A program made the translations under genes and the position numbers. 64,000 nucleotides of DNA, from contig DIAS01000068.1 in NCBI GenBank assembly GCA_002415855.1, positions 6,484-70,483 of the forward strand, read 5' to 3'. Source of the stretch: Bacteroidales bacterium UBA5072 (GTDB taxonomy: Bacteria; Bacteroidota; Bacteroidia; Bacteroidales; UBA10428). Position 1 is the first letter of the stretch, and each line of letters begins with the position of its first letter. Shown here piece by piece: positions 63,597 to 64,000 of this stretch. The notes below the pieces were generated by a model, which was not told the DNA's origin, did not search any database, and saw only the letters and a list, made by a program, of their open reading frames with translations.

Positions 63597-64000
63597 ATGT
63601 TCATCATCAACGCCTATTCACTCGCAGTTGTATTCTGCGTAATCACCATGATCTGTTGGGGATCGTGGGCAAATACACTTAAGCTCAGCACCAGGGATTG
63701 GCCCTTCCAGCTGTATTACTGGGATTATTCAATCGGACTGGTACTTACGGCACTCTTGCTGGCTTTTACATTGGGTAGTATGGGCAGCAGCGGACGGCCC
63801 TTTGTTACCGACCTCCTGCAGGCAAAAGCTCAGGCGCTTGGATCGGCATTTCTGGGCGGCGTGATCTTTAACCTGTCGAACCTGTTGATCGTTGCTGCCA
63901 CAGATATTGCCGGCATGGCTGTCGCGTTTCCCATAGCCGTGGGACTTGCACTTGTTATTGGCGTGGTGGTGAATTATATGGCAGTTCCCATTGGCGATCC
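63597..64000 (+). CDS. Partial (3'-truncated) polytopic membrane transporter, DMT/GRP sugar-uptake-like
   Basis: The frame is open from ATG 63597 to the window end: MFIINAYSLAVVFCVITMICWGSWANTLKL...IAGMAVAFPIAVGLALVIGVVVNY. It has 4 hydrophobic helices. It is absent from the ORF track because no stop is reached. Confidence 0.55.
   Translation, partial: MFIINAYSLAVVFCVITMICWGSWANTLKLSTRDWPFQLYYWDYSIGLVLTALLLAFTLGSMGSSGRPFVTDLLQAKAQALGSAFLGGVIFNLSNLLIVAATDIAGMAVAFPIAVGLALVIGVVVNYMAVPIGD

Noticed and set aside
1-64000. CRISPR arrays, rRNA genes, transposases, IS elements and prophage genes.
   Set aside because: I scanned for regularly spaced direct repeats, 16S/23S/5S signatures and DDE/tyrosine-recombinase-like ORFs. 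None was found.

Overview
This is a 64-kb chromosomal window from a Bacteroidota-type genome. The evidence for that is a SusC/SusD pair, T9SS C-terminal sorting domains, gldD/gldE, TAnnTTTG -7 promoter boxes and almost no Shine-Dalgarno sequences. All family calls come from motif recognition by eye; no database search was possible.

Layout:
(i) 1-9.1 kb: a pectin/rhamnogalacturonan polysaccharide utilization locus (GH28, SusC, SusD, GH105, CE8).
(ii) 9.1-20.4 kb: mixed genes. These are a cardiolipin synthase, two large beta-helix T9SS cargo proteins, tRNA-Val(TAC), a cupin, a RibD-C/DHFR-like protein and a membrane 4Fe-4S protein.
(iii) 20.6-32.4 kb: the stand-out region, a tightly packed, single-strand, 9-gene accessory cluster.
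(iv) 32.5-64 kb: mostly housekeeping genes. These include pepC-like, exonuclease, manA, engB, prs-rplY-pth, a two-component pair, POT and CPA2 transporters, tRNA-Val(GAC), hslR, a GGGPS-like gene, a PPTase, gldD-gldE-ssb-mutY, HU, an unannotated 31-aa basic ORF, RNase G, DsbD-like, an M1 peptidase, hsp20, GntR-deoC and a partial transporter.

The accessory cluster encodes three paralogous WD40 beta-propeller proteins with Tat-like signals. Each ends in an identically spaced 8-Cys segment followed by a Gly/Tyr-rich tail terminating in YWYPN-COOH. Interleaved with them are a GT-C (PMT/ArnT-like) membrane glycosyltransferase and a TPR/Sel1+WD40 lipoprotein. Upstream is an overlapping-ORF maturase block: a PqqD-like small protein, a SPASM/twitch-type radical SAM enzyme, a stand-alone YcaO and a full SPASM radical SAM enzyme. 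No small precursor ORF is visible, so the tails of the propeller proteins themselves are the most likely substrates. I read this as a protein-scale RiPP-like or protein-derived-cofactor system.

No CRISPR array, transposase, integrase or rRNA was seen.
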